In this document: in pieces, positions 63,795-64,000 of the stretch
How the letters are laid out: each line of letters begins with the position of its first letter
Numbering within the stretch: the stretch's first letter is position 1
Origin: Rhynchobatus australiae
Lineage: Eukaryota
Assembly: GCA_034780895.1 (NCBI GenBank)
Contig: JAUZTB010000001.1
Span: forward strand, 116,699,062 to 116,763,061
Direction: 5' to 3'
DNA length: 64,000 bases
Program-made: the position numbers and the translations under genes
The notes under the pieces: model-generated
What the model was told of the DNA's origin: nothing
Databases searched by the model: none
The model's input: only the letters and a program-made list of their open reading frames with translations

Positions 63795-64000
63795 CTGACG
63801 GCCTCAACATAGATTTCTTTAACCCCTCCCCGCCCCCTTGTCTTCCCTCATTCCTGTGGCCCTCATGACCTGCCCATCTCTTCTCCCGCCCTATCATCTC
63901 TCAGCTTCTTACATCTCCTCCCGCCCCCGTCGTCCTACCTTCCCCCCTCACCTGGACTTGCCTATCACCTGCCTGCATGTGCTCCTCTCCCGACCTTATT
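63795..64000 (+). mobile_element. Penelope-like element 3' region (GIY-YIG C-terminus and C-rich 3' UTR), continuing past the window
   Basis: gac ggc ctc aac ata gat ttc = DGLNIDF, resembling the P.G(M/L)N terminal motif; the C-rich UTR matches the polarity of the 24.6-25.8 kb copy. Confidence 0.7.

Larger units (their letters stand above)
44806..64000 (+). other. CDC42BPB: CDC42BPB intron 1 (partial)
   Basis: Follows the donor; no exon 2 (expected [21 protein letters not shown]...) seen; the + strand appears T/G-skewed. Confidence 0.8.

Overview
Gappy, AT-rich, CpG-depleted vertebrate genomic DNA. The repeat content (CR1/HER1-like LINEs, V-domain/HE1-type SINEs, Deu-domain SINEs, Rex1/Babar, RTE, Penelope-derived palindromes) points to a cartilaginous fish, probably a ray or other batoid; this is inference. 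The one confidently identified gene is CDC42BPB (MRCK-beta): a CpG-rich promoter and long uORF-containing 5' leader (~43.8-44.6 kb), first coding exon 44631-44805 (+), and an intron 1 that runs past the window end. The first 44 kb is mostly decayed transposons (including a Ty3/Gypsy pol fossil) plus a few unidentified candidate + strand exons. Most notable observations: (i) a dispersed Penelope-derived family carrying minimal hammerhead-ribozyme cores with a recurrent CUGAUGCA variant; (ii) a ~115-bp-arm foldback in the CDC42BPB intron; (iii) a gap-flanked ~700 bp segment resembling mammalian L1-containing DNA (possible contamination); (iv) a CR1 nested in the tail of its own family with a 20-bp duplication; (v) tandem CTCF-like sites. 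All family assignments come from recalled motifs, not database searches, and repeat boundaries are approximate. I found no convincing wholly new gene system.
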